In this document: one piece after another, positions 35,330 to 46,490 of the stretch
Numbering within the stretch: position 1 is the stretch's first letter
How the letters are laid out: each line of letters starts with the position of its first letter
NCBI GenBank assembly: GCA_015680685.1
Contig: MNCI01003051.1
Span: 62,001-126,000 of the forward strand
Source of the DNA: Gnetum montanum
Taxonomy: Eukaryota; Plantae; Gnetophyta
Direction of reading: 5' to 3'
Length of the DNA stretch: 64,000 nucleotides
Notes under the pieces: model-generated
What the model saw: the letters and a program-made list of their open reading frames with translations, nothing else
Database searches by the model: none
Told to the model about the DNA's origin: nothing
Position numbers and translations under genes: made by a program

Positions 35330-38300
35330 AAACATAAACTTTACAAATTGACCAAGCACCAATGGGGACATCAAAAATAAATCATATAAGCTTTTTGTTA
35401 TAATGTTATAACATTGTCTCAAATTGGTAGTCATTGCATAAGAAAGGAACACATGTAGCTCATCTCCAAAGGCTCTTAATCTACATAAACTACAAATGTG
35501 CTCTTCTCGAGGGAGTTGAATCCATCTTTCACTTTCAATTCTAAGATGATGAGAACTTAAGCAAAGATTGCTAACAATGTTTTGATACTAGATGGGAATA
35601 GCAACTAAGAGATAGTGAGCTTCTACATCTAGTTTATTAGATCTAATGTAGTGTAAATAAATTGTACCTTATCTTCCACATTAGCCCACATTTGTGTTAA
35701 AACCTTTTGCTTGACTAGCTGGCAAATATGCTTAGGATTTTGTTGCACATCCTTCCAAGAAATATTTCATTTTCTCAATAATTGCATCCCCTAAAAATAC
35801 CAACCATAACATTATTAATCTTCAAGAACTACTTTAGAGAATTTGTATTACCTTGAGATATGTAAGCTATGAGTGTATGCAATGAATTAACACAAGGCTT
35901 TTCCTTCTAAAGGTAATAAATCACATTCACATAATAACATTAGCTAAGGTATTTGCATCTTCACCTTTAACTCGTTAAGAAGAAAAAAATTTTTAAACTC
36001 TTTTAGTATCTTTTCAAAGTTTAGCACTGAGTTCAAGTCCTCAAACAACACATCCATACAATATAGTAGGATAGATAATAATTTGAAATTTTTATTTTTC
36101 AACCTTCCACGCTCAAAGGCCTAAATCCTTGTACTTGTTTTTGAAAGTATACAAAGGATTGAAACCTCCTGTTATTTTTTCTTTAATGCACTTCCCTTAC
36201 ATGTAATTATTCATATAAATGAGGCCTAAATAATTAAAAGTATCTACTATTTGCACATTAGTACCTTTAAAAATGAAGTTATAACAGCTATTTCTTGTAC
36301 CCTAAATCATCAATTTGGTTTTATCTACATTCACTTAAAGACTAGATGAATGACAATATTTTTCTAAAATTTGCAAAATATTTTGCATACCTTCTACAAT
36401 AGTTGAGATAAGGTAATATCATCTACATATAAAAGAAGATTCACTACTTAGGATCTAATTTTGATAGCATGACTATCTTTCCATTGAATAACCATTCCTA
36501 CATTTTATCAATATAAATACCAAAAAGAGTTGGAGAAAATGTACATTTTTTATTAACTCCAATTTTATTATAGAATTGAAATTTTTCCTTTGAATTACAA
36601 TTTATAATTTCAATAATCACTTCTTAATACAATTTTTGAGTTATTGCAATCAAATCTAAAGGAAGGCCAATTTTATGCAAGTGCAACCATAGTTTTGTAA
36701 GGATCATTGAATCATATGCTTTTGTCAATAAAACAAATAAAATCCTTTTTATTATGCAATTTTGGAAAATTATGTAGTGTCTAAGAGTAGCAAAGTGATC
36801 AATAGTACAATGATTTCATTTGAAACCTACTTGACAACTTACCCTAACTTAGTTACCTTCAACCCAAAAACTAATTCTCTTTTCTAGTTGAGTGCCCAAT
36901 AATTGAGTAAAAATAGTACTCATAATGATCATTTGATAATTGTTCAAATTATTTTTATCCTCCTTTTTATATAACAATATAGTTGTTCGAGTTTTCCAAT
37001 GTTGATTTAATCCTTGCTCCATTGCTAAATTTAATTTGTACCAAATTTCTCTATGAATAGAAAATTCCTACCCACTTTAATAATTTTGAATATGAACCAT
37101 TTAAATCTACAGCTTTGCTAGATGCTAGCTTTTTAATACCCTCTATGACTTCCTCATGAGTAAATTGGGGAGGGACTTGTTGTACAATAGTAATAAAATT
37201 ATCATCTTATCCTATAAATAGCTTATTGTAAAATGAGCAAATATGTTGAAAAGAAAAATTAATTGATGAAGAGGATTTATGATGAAGACATTGCCAAAAT
37301 TGTCTAGGTTCCTTTTTAATAGTGTAAGAAAAATATTCCTGTTATTCCTTAATAAATTTCCTTCTCTTGGTTCTAATCAAAACTTTGTCTATGACTCTTA
37401 TTTGTATTCTTAATATTTTGCGTAGCTTCTATGCAATCCTCATCCAACCAAGTTTCTAAACACCTTATTATTGTGAATGTACAACTTGCTTAGCTACTAA
37501 AAGAAACATTTGTTCAAGCTCCTTATATCATCTTTCAAGAGCTCATTTGTTATGTGGTGCATTTATATATTTTTCCTTGACTAGTGGAGTGAGTTTATAC
37601 TAACATTTTTCTTTTCCTATTTTTTTCTATTTGAGAAACAATTGGAATTTGTAATAAAAACTCAACATGATGTTGGAAAGACTCCACTAAATCTTCTCCA
37701 ACTTTCAACTCCTTAAATAAAATCAGTATCTTCATAAGAACATAAAAGTAAATTAATGTAAGAGTTACCTTGAGGTCCTATGAAAGTAAATGATAAAGAT
37801 TGAGGAAATATAGCAAGTCCATTGTAAATTAGACAATAAAAAAAATTCCATTCTAATAATTGTTGGCCCATCTTATTAATAGTGTTATCTACAGAATGCT
37901 GAGGCTAGTTGTAATCTTCATTACGTTGCCATTGAATAAGTTTTATTTGCTATGAACTTATCGTTGCATTAAAATCTGCACAGATAAATATTAAGTCTTT
38001 TATTGCAAATTCTACAATACCTCTACATAAAAATTAAAATGGTTGATCATGAGATAGCTCTATAGAACTCTAAAAGCAAAATAGCGTATAGTAAGAAAAG
38101 GCCAATCATGCTAACATAAGATTTTTAGTTAAACATATTTTTTATGATCATTAATTCTTTCTAAGAATGCACAATTTCAAGAGATTTTATCACTAACACT
38201 ATAATACCCCTAGAAGGTCTACCTCTTCACTCTACTCTTGTATTTCTTATAACAAATTTAATAAATCCAGGAGCCACAAAATCTATGGAACCAACATCTT

Positions 38301-38500
38301 CCCAAGTTTTAACAAAACCAAAAATATAAAAGCTATTAATGAAGCTATAATTAAATTATGTATCTTCAAAGAATCAATTCCATTTTATACTTTTCTCGTA
38401 TTTTAAAAAGCCTTAAGGATTCAATGACTAATAAGGATCTGATTTAAACTAATTCTAGCATTAAAGTCACTACATATGCAAATTTTTCTTCTTTGAAAAA
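35330..38500 (-). mobile_element. Decayed LINE ORF2 (AP endonuclease, RT, C-terminal Cys/His motif)
   Basis: Minus-strand endonuclease remnants ('ICADFNA', 'FTFIGPQGNSYINLL'); RT ('AYDS', 'FSPTLFGIYIDK', 'LLLYVDD'); 'HICSLC..GDELH' at ~35450-35510. Confidence 0.75.
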
Positions 38501-38579
38501 AACTAGTGATATCTATGCTAAGGGATTGAAAAGAAAAATCCTATGATGAACCTTCTCATTCATAAAGAGTATCTTCTCT

Positions 38580-40340
38580 AGGTGCAAAGCATCAAAGAAA
38601 AATACGAAGTGTTTTTTGTAACCTTTGGAACAAATCAGCAAAATTTGTAGCTATAATATCTCATCTATGGCCATTGTACTCTAATGTATGACATTCAAAA
38701 AAAAACAATATCCATCTTTAGTGCTATTTGTATTGCATAGTTAGTATATTTGTTCTTCATCCAGAATTTTGGGCCGAGATCCCATTCATGCTCTACTAAT
38801 TGTGAATTGTACATAACAAAGAATAACAATAGACAAATAATCTCCTTTGAATTAAGGCCTACTGTAATACTATTCAAATGAAGATGTTTTTTTCCTTCTA
38901 TATTTTCTCAAAGTTTTTGAAACCTTGCTTGTCTTACCAATTTACAAACTTGCTTAGGATCAAAATAAAGAATCTACTCTTGAATATTCTATATATTAAG
39001 CTAAAGAACTCCTTCATGAAGCCATTCTTTATCATGGGTTTCCATCATCACTTTGTGGCAATATTTATCTAATGAAGATGGAGAAAGATTATGAGTATAG
39101 GCTATAAATTGAAAAATAGCTTCAACCTCTAATGACATCATCTTTGCTTCAAGAAACATAATATCCTATTTTGTCTATCATCTACTCTTGAATATTCTAT
39201 TTATTAAGCTATATAACTCTTTCATGAAGCCATTCTTTATCATAGGGCTCCATCATGAATTTTCTACAATATTTATCCAATGAAGATGCAGAAAGATTAT
39301 GAGTATAGGCTATAAATTGACAAATAGGTTTAACCTTTAATGACATCATTTTTGCTTCAAGAAACATAATATCATATTGTGCCTATCATTTACTTGTGAA
39401 TATTCTATTTATTAAGATATAGAACTCTTTCATGAAGCCATTCTTTATCATGGGTTTCCATCATCACTTTTTTGCAATATTTATCCAATGAAGATGTAGA
39501 AAGATTATGAGTATAGACTATAAATTGACAAATAGCTTCAATCTCCAATGATATCATCTTTTCTTCAAGAAACATAATATCATATTGTGTCTATCATATA
39601 GTGTTGAATATTCCATTTATTAAGCTATAGAACTTCTTCATGAAGCCATTCTTTATCATGGGTTTCCATCATCACTTTTTTGCAATATATATCCAATGAA
39701 GATGCAGAAAGATTATGAGTCTAGGCTATAAATTGACAAATAGCTTCAACCTCTAATGACATCATCTTTGCTTTAAGAAGCATAATATCATATTGTGTCT
39801 ATCTCTTCACTTTATTTTTGAGCAGAACAAGATTATGAATTTCTTCTATTTGTTTTCAATATTTATTTGATAGAATAGGACCCCATACAATACACCTATA
39901 AATAATAGTAAGTTGAACAATGACATGCTAAAATTGTTTTCAAATATACCAAGCTAGAATGGATTCCTTATTGTATTTGCTTTTTAAAGCAAACAAGGCT
40001 TTCATTCCACTTGCAACTCTTCGAGGAATGCACTGATCCCATTTGTAATTGTAGGAGCAATCTAGGCCAAGATATATGTAAGAAGAAATTATGTCCACTT
40101 GTTTATATCATGTAGTAAAATTATACATCTAATTACGTGTGCTATAAATTATGATTTTTGTTTCTCTGACATTAACTTTGATTGCCTAATGTTCATAAAA
40201 GTCATCAATAATATTAAGCATCTGCTGAAATCTTTCATTTGATATTGAAATTAAGATAACATCATTAGCATAAAGTAAAAGTGTGACAATACTACTTCTA
40301 ATTGTGATTGCAAATTTAATTGGTGTTTTGTTCGTGAATC
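38580..40340 (-). mobile_element. 5'-truncated LINE copy (RT 3' half) with internal 4x208-bp tandem amplification
   Basis: 'LLLYANDV' near 40265 and 'YIYLGLDCSYNYKWD' near 40050; aligns with 33450-34550. Confidence 0.8.
38973..39804. repeat. Tandem repeat, 4 x 208 bp, derived from LINE coding sequence
   Basis: Unit starts at 38973, 39181, 39389 and 39597; the sister LINE has a single copy at ~33815-34022. Confidence 0.9.
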
Positions 40341-42314
40341 TTTTCACTAACCTATCCAGCATTATCTTTATTATGAATAAATAATTTTCATGCTTCTGGG
40401 ACGGCAGACAAGAGTTTTGACTTATTTCTCATTGGACCGCTCTGAATTGTTTTCAACATCATCCTTACGTGAAAGCAACTACATTCAAAGCGGAAATTAA
40501 CAAGTTGATATGGCTTTGCCGGTAGTCAAATAGCGTTGATGTTCCACCTTCGATTTTTTTAAAGAAAATTTTTCTTTCCTTCCATGATTTTATTTCAGTA
40601 ACTTAATTTATGGATGATGTAACCCCCCCAAAATGCAGATCACTCGTTTAACTCAATGCGTTTCATGTCAACAGTGACGCACAATCCCAAGCAGACACAC
40701 CTTCTTTTTTTCCACCTGGGACACCACCCACCCCCTCTCTGATAAACACATGATGCAACTTTCTTCATTTGCCATAATTTTTCCTGTAAAACAATGAGAA
40801 GGGGCTTGAAGAAGAGAGAGCCTCTTGGTGCCTACCAAGGTTGCCGCCAACCTTTTTAATTTGATAACTTTTTAACGCCAAAGTTTTCAAAAAAAAAACA
40901 CAGCTTCCGCAAGTGGAATATTCGCTGAGCCGGGCTCAGCATTCCATTTTGGAGACGGAAGGGGCAAAAAACAAGTTGCAAGAAAAGTTTGTCATTTTCT
41001 GGGGGGGGTCCAGAACCTACCCCAGTAAGCTGCTGCTGCAGCTAGAAAACAAGTTAACTTTTCCAGGAGCGACAGGGAACCGACCGTTTTTACTCATAAA
41101 AAGCCGAACCCTAACTTCAATGCGCCTTGGTATGGAGACATGGCCATTGGCCGCGTGAGCCCTAGGGGGCATGCTTGTCTAAGGATAAAGTCTCGTCTCG
41201 TCTCCAACCTTATACTTATGCAGCCAGCCCGCCAAACGTATTTACCGACTGGGCCCCACCCGCAGCTACACAGTCGGCTTTATTGGAAAACCATAAACTG
41301 ATTCAAATGGATGGATGGTTAGTGTGGACATGATTACCGAACACCATCTCAACCGTCTATTTTAACTCGATGTGTGATTTGACGGCCGTGATTTGACGGC
41401 TTTTGTGGCGTGCCCGCTACACGACAAGTGAATGGATGACTGACTGACTGAAAGCCCTCCTTCCTGCTGCTTGACATGTGGCATTAACCCTGCCCAAACC
41501 GTGACAGCTACCGTCCGGTCCGTCGCTGGCTTGTGTTTTTTTTTTTTTTTTTTTTTTTTTTTTGGTTCGGGCCCCTCTTATTATTATTATTCCATCCGTG
41601 CGTTAAGAAAAACAAAAGGGTTAAAGAAAGTCTCTCTTGTTTTCTATGAAATCTCATCATTGTCGACATATGTACAACTTGTACTGCCTGCAACTTGTAC
41701 CGACTCCTAATATTAAAAGGCAGACGTAATGGCGGTTGTTACGGTGGACCTCATTGCTTTCGTTCATGTGTATAAAGCTTTAGCTATCGATTTATCATAC
41801 GACGTTTAAGGTTTCAAAGTTATTTTATGAAAAATTGCTCGGTGTATTACTGCTGTTCAATGGCTCTACAGTGTTTAACAACGTCATAAAGTTTCAGTTC
41901 AGTTTAGGTTTCATGAGGAGCAACTTCTTTTGTATGTTTATTCATCCGTCTTAAAATTAATAGTCGCAAAATAACATATTCATGAAATAATCTAAACATT
42001 AGGTTAATAATTATACATGGAAAATTTGAAATTAACTGTTTTTAAATAATTTATTTAAAGCATGGATCTCTGTGCTTTAATTAAATGAAACTAAAGCTTT
42101 ATTTGGTCTGATCAAGGAGAGAAAATTTACGCTTCTATGTATTATCATACTTTTGAGTTTTTGTAAGTACAATTTTGGGATTTTCTTGTTAGATCTTGAT
42201 CTCATAAATGAGAAGTTCTTGGTATTTTAGGATCCAAACTGATTTTCAAGCTAGGTTAGTGACATAGTTTATTAACCAAGAAATTTTCAAAACTTGTATC
42301 GTCTGCATTTAGAA

Positions 42315-42442
42315 CATAGCTATCCTATTCATACCACAGTCCTGTAATTAATACATGGGCCTATGAGCGATATGAACCATAGCTATCCTATTCAAACCAC
42401 AGTCCTGTAATTAATACATGGGCCTATGAACAATATGAACCA
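42315..42442. repeat. ~63-bp tandem duplication
   Basis: 'catagctatcctattca.accacagtcctgtaattaatacatgggcctatga..atatgaac' occurs twice. Confidence 0.85.
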
Positions 42443-43932
42443 TGTGACTAAGCACAATATGAACCTGTACTTGTAATGATCTGAGAAATAGTGTTTAGCA
42501 GCATCAGACAACTCTAAAGTTGTATGCTCTCTAAAGATGCATGCTTTCGAAGATTTGTACGACCAATAGCTATGAGTTGTCTATTTATACTGTTGAACAG
42601 ATGCAAAAGGGCTTTAGACATATCAGTTTCATATCAGTTTCAGCGTCATACCTGTCCATACACTGTTCAACAGATCTAAAAAACCTTTAGACTCAGTTTC
42701 AGTTTCATTAATACCCAAATGAAGTATATTTCGCTATGTAATGTATTTTGAAACTTAATAAAATTCTAGTTTCAGTTGCTGATATTACCTACTTCCCTAT
42801 CCCGATCTGATTTCAAACTGCGCTGATAATAAAACCTTTTTCGAAAAATTCCTTGATTCGGTCATTTTCCTGATTTAAGTTTATTTAAATTACAACTAAG
42901 GCATTTGTTAAACCTAGCTTTGTGTCACCGTCGGACGAGACAGTCTACAGTTTTGGGTTGAAACACGTTTAGCCTACACCGGCCGAACCCTCACCTCGTG
43001 GCGCCGCGGCCGTCCCATCTGATTTGTTATTAACTTACAAATCCATGACCTTAATTTGTGAATTTTGAAAATGCAAAAGATAAAAAGATCACCCTCCCAC
43101 ACGTCAATTTCCCTGATATTAGGCCTCCGGGGCTCCTGCAGTCTACTGACGCTGGCACGTGAAATTATCGTCGTTAAAAACATCAGCGTCGCGAATCCCG
43201 AAGCTTTTAACCTGGGTCCCAGATTTTTACCACGCTTTGGGATCTGCGTCTCCCTTAGATTTCACGACTTCGTGTTGCCGTTTAGGGGTTAATAGCGTTT
43301 CACGTTGTTACCTTCGAAACTTGGCAATTTGGGGGTTTAATCGGGTTTCACTTCAACAGATTTTTTCTCGAAAATGGCAACTTCGTCTTAAATGCCCGGC
43401 ACGTGGGCCATCGGACGGCTATGATTGGCCACCCCACTGACGTTGACGTAGACGTGCGCTTTGACTTCCGAATACGTTTGTCTTTATCTGTTGATGGCTT
43501 TTTGGCCAACTAATCACCCTTTGGCTCATATATTAGTAGGATTTCAGCCCTAATCGTCACGCTAATCAGTGGCGCCAAAAGATGTGGGTCATATAAGTGT
43601 TTTTCCACGGCATCTTGACCGGCAAAACATAAAACATGGGAATTCGAGGTCTGTTTTTGCAGTAATTTAGTTACTTCGGAATTCCAGGTCTGGTTTTTGC
43701 AGTAATTTATTTGCACCGCATAATTGTCGCGTGCGCTGGTTGCAGACTTTAAGGAAATTTACGCGCATTGGGCGGCGTAAGAAGAATTCATCCAGGGAGG
43801 CTTAATTGAACGAGGATTCTCCTCGTGTTTTGTTGTTTTTTGGGGCGGATTTGCTAAAGCAGGCCAAGCGAGTTTCCAGCAATGGACGAGGCAAGAGAAA
43901 TAGGGGCCGAGGAGGCATCATGTCTGCGACCG

Positions 43933-43962
43933 TATAAAGCTGCAAGTGCGCAGGGGTTCAGT
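43933..43962 (+). promoter_or_regulatory. Pol II core promoter of MIR156: TATA box and initiator
   Basis: TATAAAG at 43933-43939 and TCAGT initiator with A at 43960 (27 nt spacing), about 500 nt upstream of the hairpin. G-box/ACGT motifs lie upstream (CACGTG at ~43156 and ~43400; TGACGTTGACGTAGACGTG at ~43438). Confidence 0.6.
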
Positions 43963-44116
43963 TTTTGTTCTGAGATTCGGTCTTCCGTTTGGCCCTCTTT
44001 TCCTTATTATATTTGTGTTTTGACAAGAGAGAGGCGCAGCGAGGATTGAGACTCGGCGCCCTGGCTCTTGCTGGAAAGTTCCAGACACAAGACGGAACCA
44101 GTGCAGATTGAATTTT

Positions 44117-44386
44117 ATGGAAAGCCGTGGTACCACGGCAGAAGCGCGTTCTCTCTCTCTCTCTCTGGCTCATTTAAGGCACACATTCTGCAAAGGACGG
44201 ATTTCTTTCTATTTATACGCCGTTCCAAGGGTGCCTTTTCGGCGCCTCCATGTGTGCTGTCTCTCGGTTAGATCTCTGAGTTTTTTTTTTTTTTTTTGTT
44301 GCAGCTTCCCATTGCAGGGACGGTGTGTTGTATTTTTGTGTTTTTGTTTTGCTAGTTGCAGCATTTCTTTTTTGTTGCTGTTTTGA
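44117..44386 (+). CDS. Candidate pri-miR156-encoded peptide ORF (89 aa), unverified
   Basis: First ATG after the predicted TSS (tttATGG), ending 78 nt before the hairpin. It crosses (CT)n and poly-T tracts, so it may be incidental. Confidence 0.25.
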   Translation: MESRGTTAEARSLSLSLAHLRHTFCKGRISFYLYAVPRVPFRRLHVCCLSVRSLSFFFFFCCSFPLQGRCVVFLCFCFASCSISFLLLF

Positions 44387-44463
44387 AACGCCGATTTGTG
44401 CTGCGTTTTATGGATCCAGCATTTCACGCTTTGCGAGGTCAAAGGGACGGAAAAATCGATGCC

Positions 44464-44570
44464 ATGGAGGAACGCTGACAGAAGAGAGTGAGCACTTATG
44501 GCGTAAGGCATAAAATTATATTATGCGTTCGGTCATCAGTGCTCACCTCTCTTCTCGTCAGCAACTTCAT
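44464..44570 (+). ncRNA. MIR156: pre-miR156 stem-loop
   Basis: The 5' arm carries TGACAGAAGAGAGTGAGCAC. The 3' arm GTGCTCACCTCTCTTCTCGTCA (44539-44560) is its complement with two 1-nt C bulges. Inner stem gcataa/ttatgc and basal pairing atggag/cttcat are present. Confidence 0.97.
44476..44495 (+). ncRNA. miR156: mature miR156-5p (predicted star strand 44541-44562)
   Basis: Exact match to the canonical land-plant miR156 sequence UGACAGAAGAGAGUGAGCAC. Confidence 0.97.
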
Positions 44571-44772
44571 CGCGTTCGCAAAGCCCTAATCCTCGCATGA
44601 TGAATCCAGGATCCATCCTTTGGCCGCGCAGAGGCTGCCGATCGTTTACAGATACTGCAAAATCTCGATTCTTTTGCCAAAACAGTTCCCGTTTTCCTTT
44701 CAACACTACGGATTGCTGCAGCGTGCTAGCTTCATCCTATTCAAATTCTTTCTATCATTGAAGAGTTAAAAG

Positions 44773-45005
44773 GTAATTGCTACTGCGTTTTTAACCGTCG
44801 TGGCTGGATCTTTATGTTTTTCTAACCCTAACCTGACACAAAAGTCGCATGTCTCAGAACTCGCATGCAAGCATATCCTGAGCATTGATCTGGAGATTTG
44901 TAGCATAGTATACAGATGTGCAGGCGCATTTTGCTGATGAATCCCTAGAAACCTCTTGTAGATGGGTTAATTATCAATAAATAAATTGTTCTCTTCAATT
45001 GACAG
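44773..45005 (+). other. Predicted intron of pri-miR156, downstream of the hairpin
   Basis: Donor AAG|GTAATT; pyrimidine-rich acceptor ttgttctcttcaattgacAG|G. Confidence 0.6.
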
Positions 45006-46422
45006 GCACGAAGGCCGGCGACATGCATGAGCCATGAATCTTGGAGGAACACACACATCATCTGTCGGATAAAGCCTGTCTCAGCTTCCCGGTGCAGCGA
45101 GCTTCTTTGCTGTGAGATACCTGCATGTTTTCATAAGCTTTCTGCTTTGCCTTTAGCATCTACTGCATTCGATCATTTTTGGCATCTGATTCTTGGGAGT
45201 TAGGGTTTCAGTCGGCACCTTCTTCACACGTTGCATCCTTTATGGCACGTTACGATTTCAGTACATTAAAGCTTCAGGATCATTGCAGTTCATTGTTTAT
45301 GTTTGATTTGCAAAAGCAGTATTCCTCTTCGCAGAGTTGCGAAATGACGTGGCCAGGCCCTCATTTCGCTTTGGAAGACACTACCGAGGTGCCTTTTTAA
45401 TCTAGTCAGCCAATTCCTTCAGATAACTGATTCGGTTTTGCATTTTAATTGTAGCTTTCAAATTTTGCATGTTGCAAAAAAATGAACAGCAGTACTGTCA
45501 TAGACGCAGGTTTTTGTAGACAAGCGCACGGAAGATGGAGTCGAGGCGAAACCGTGGAAGGAATCTGCTTGTCGACTTCCAAAGAAAGCTTATCTACCAT
45601 TCGTTTTCAGGTTCTTCCTTCGATTGTGTATTTAGCATTGTATGCAATTTCTTAAAGCCTTTCTCATCTTTTCAATGGTTCATTTTCTTCGCTGCTTCAT
45701 TTTCTTTGGTGATAACTCCACTAGGTTCACCGTCGCATTAACTATTCCATTCCAGCAGTATTCTGTACAGGGGACCCATACAAAGCCTGTACAATCTGAA
45801 TAAAGGTTAGCTTTATGCATTATTTTTAACGGTAGTTGCTGATTCTTTATATCCTTGGAGAAAACGACCTTTGTTATGGATTGTCTGTTCCGTTTTAGAT
45901 GTTCTTTGCCCGCACCCTACAGTCTGGTACTAGTCATTCCTTGTAAGTTTTCATAGAACTCTTGGCTTTTCATCCGATAACTTGTGTATGGTAATTTCAG
46001 CAGTCACAGATAGCTGTCAACTATATGTCGTGATTCATAAGCATTGAGAGAACAGTTTCTGCATTGACATACTACTTCTTTTGTCCTCATATAAAACCAC
46101 TGAAACTGTACTGTCTTATTGTCTGGTCTTGATTCATTCGTTTGTTTTTATCTCTGCAGACACTTTGATCACATCTAGTTCATTTGAGTTTCTTAAAAAT
46201 AGAAAAAAGAAACTAAAACAAAAAAGTGAAAAAACAAAGCAAATAATCAACATTCTTTAGGACATTTATAACTGCCTATAAAGTGTCCATGGGTTTACTC
46301 AAACTAGATATCAAAAAAATGAACAACCGAATAATGTTTAACCTTCTTCTTATATGTATGTGTGCGTTATACGATACTTGGACTGTGCAAGTCACTTGTT
46401 TTCAGAAAATAAACTCGGACTC

Positions 46423-46490
46423 GACGAGTCCAGTAACTCACAGGGACGAGTCCAGTAACTCACAGGGACGAGTCCTGTGTAACTCACAGC
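46423..46490. repeat. 3 x ~22-bp tandem repeat GACGAGTCCAGTAACTCACAGG
   Basis: Directly visible; may be a DNA-transposon subterminal remnant. Confidence 0.75.

Noticed and set aside
40806-40830. miR529-like sequence gaagaagagagagcc
   Set aside because: Only a partial GA-rich match, with no complementary arm nearby.
40668-43716. Short ORFs in the CpG-rich upstream island as host protein genes
   Set aside because: No recognisable domains, low-complexity tracts, overlapping frames on both strands and no consistent exon chain.
45535-45741. ORF beginning MESR, like the candidate miPEP at 44117
   Set aside because: Different codons and no similarity beyond four residues; likely coincidence.
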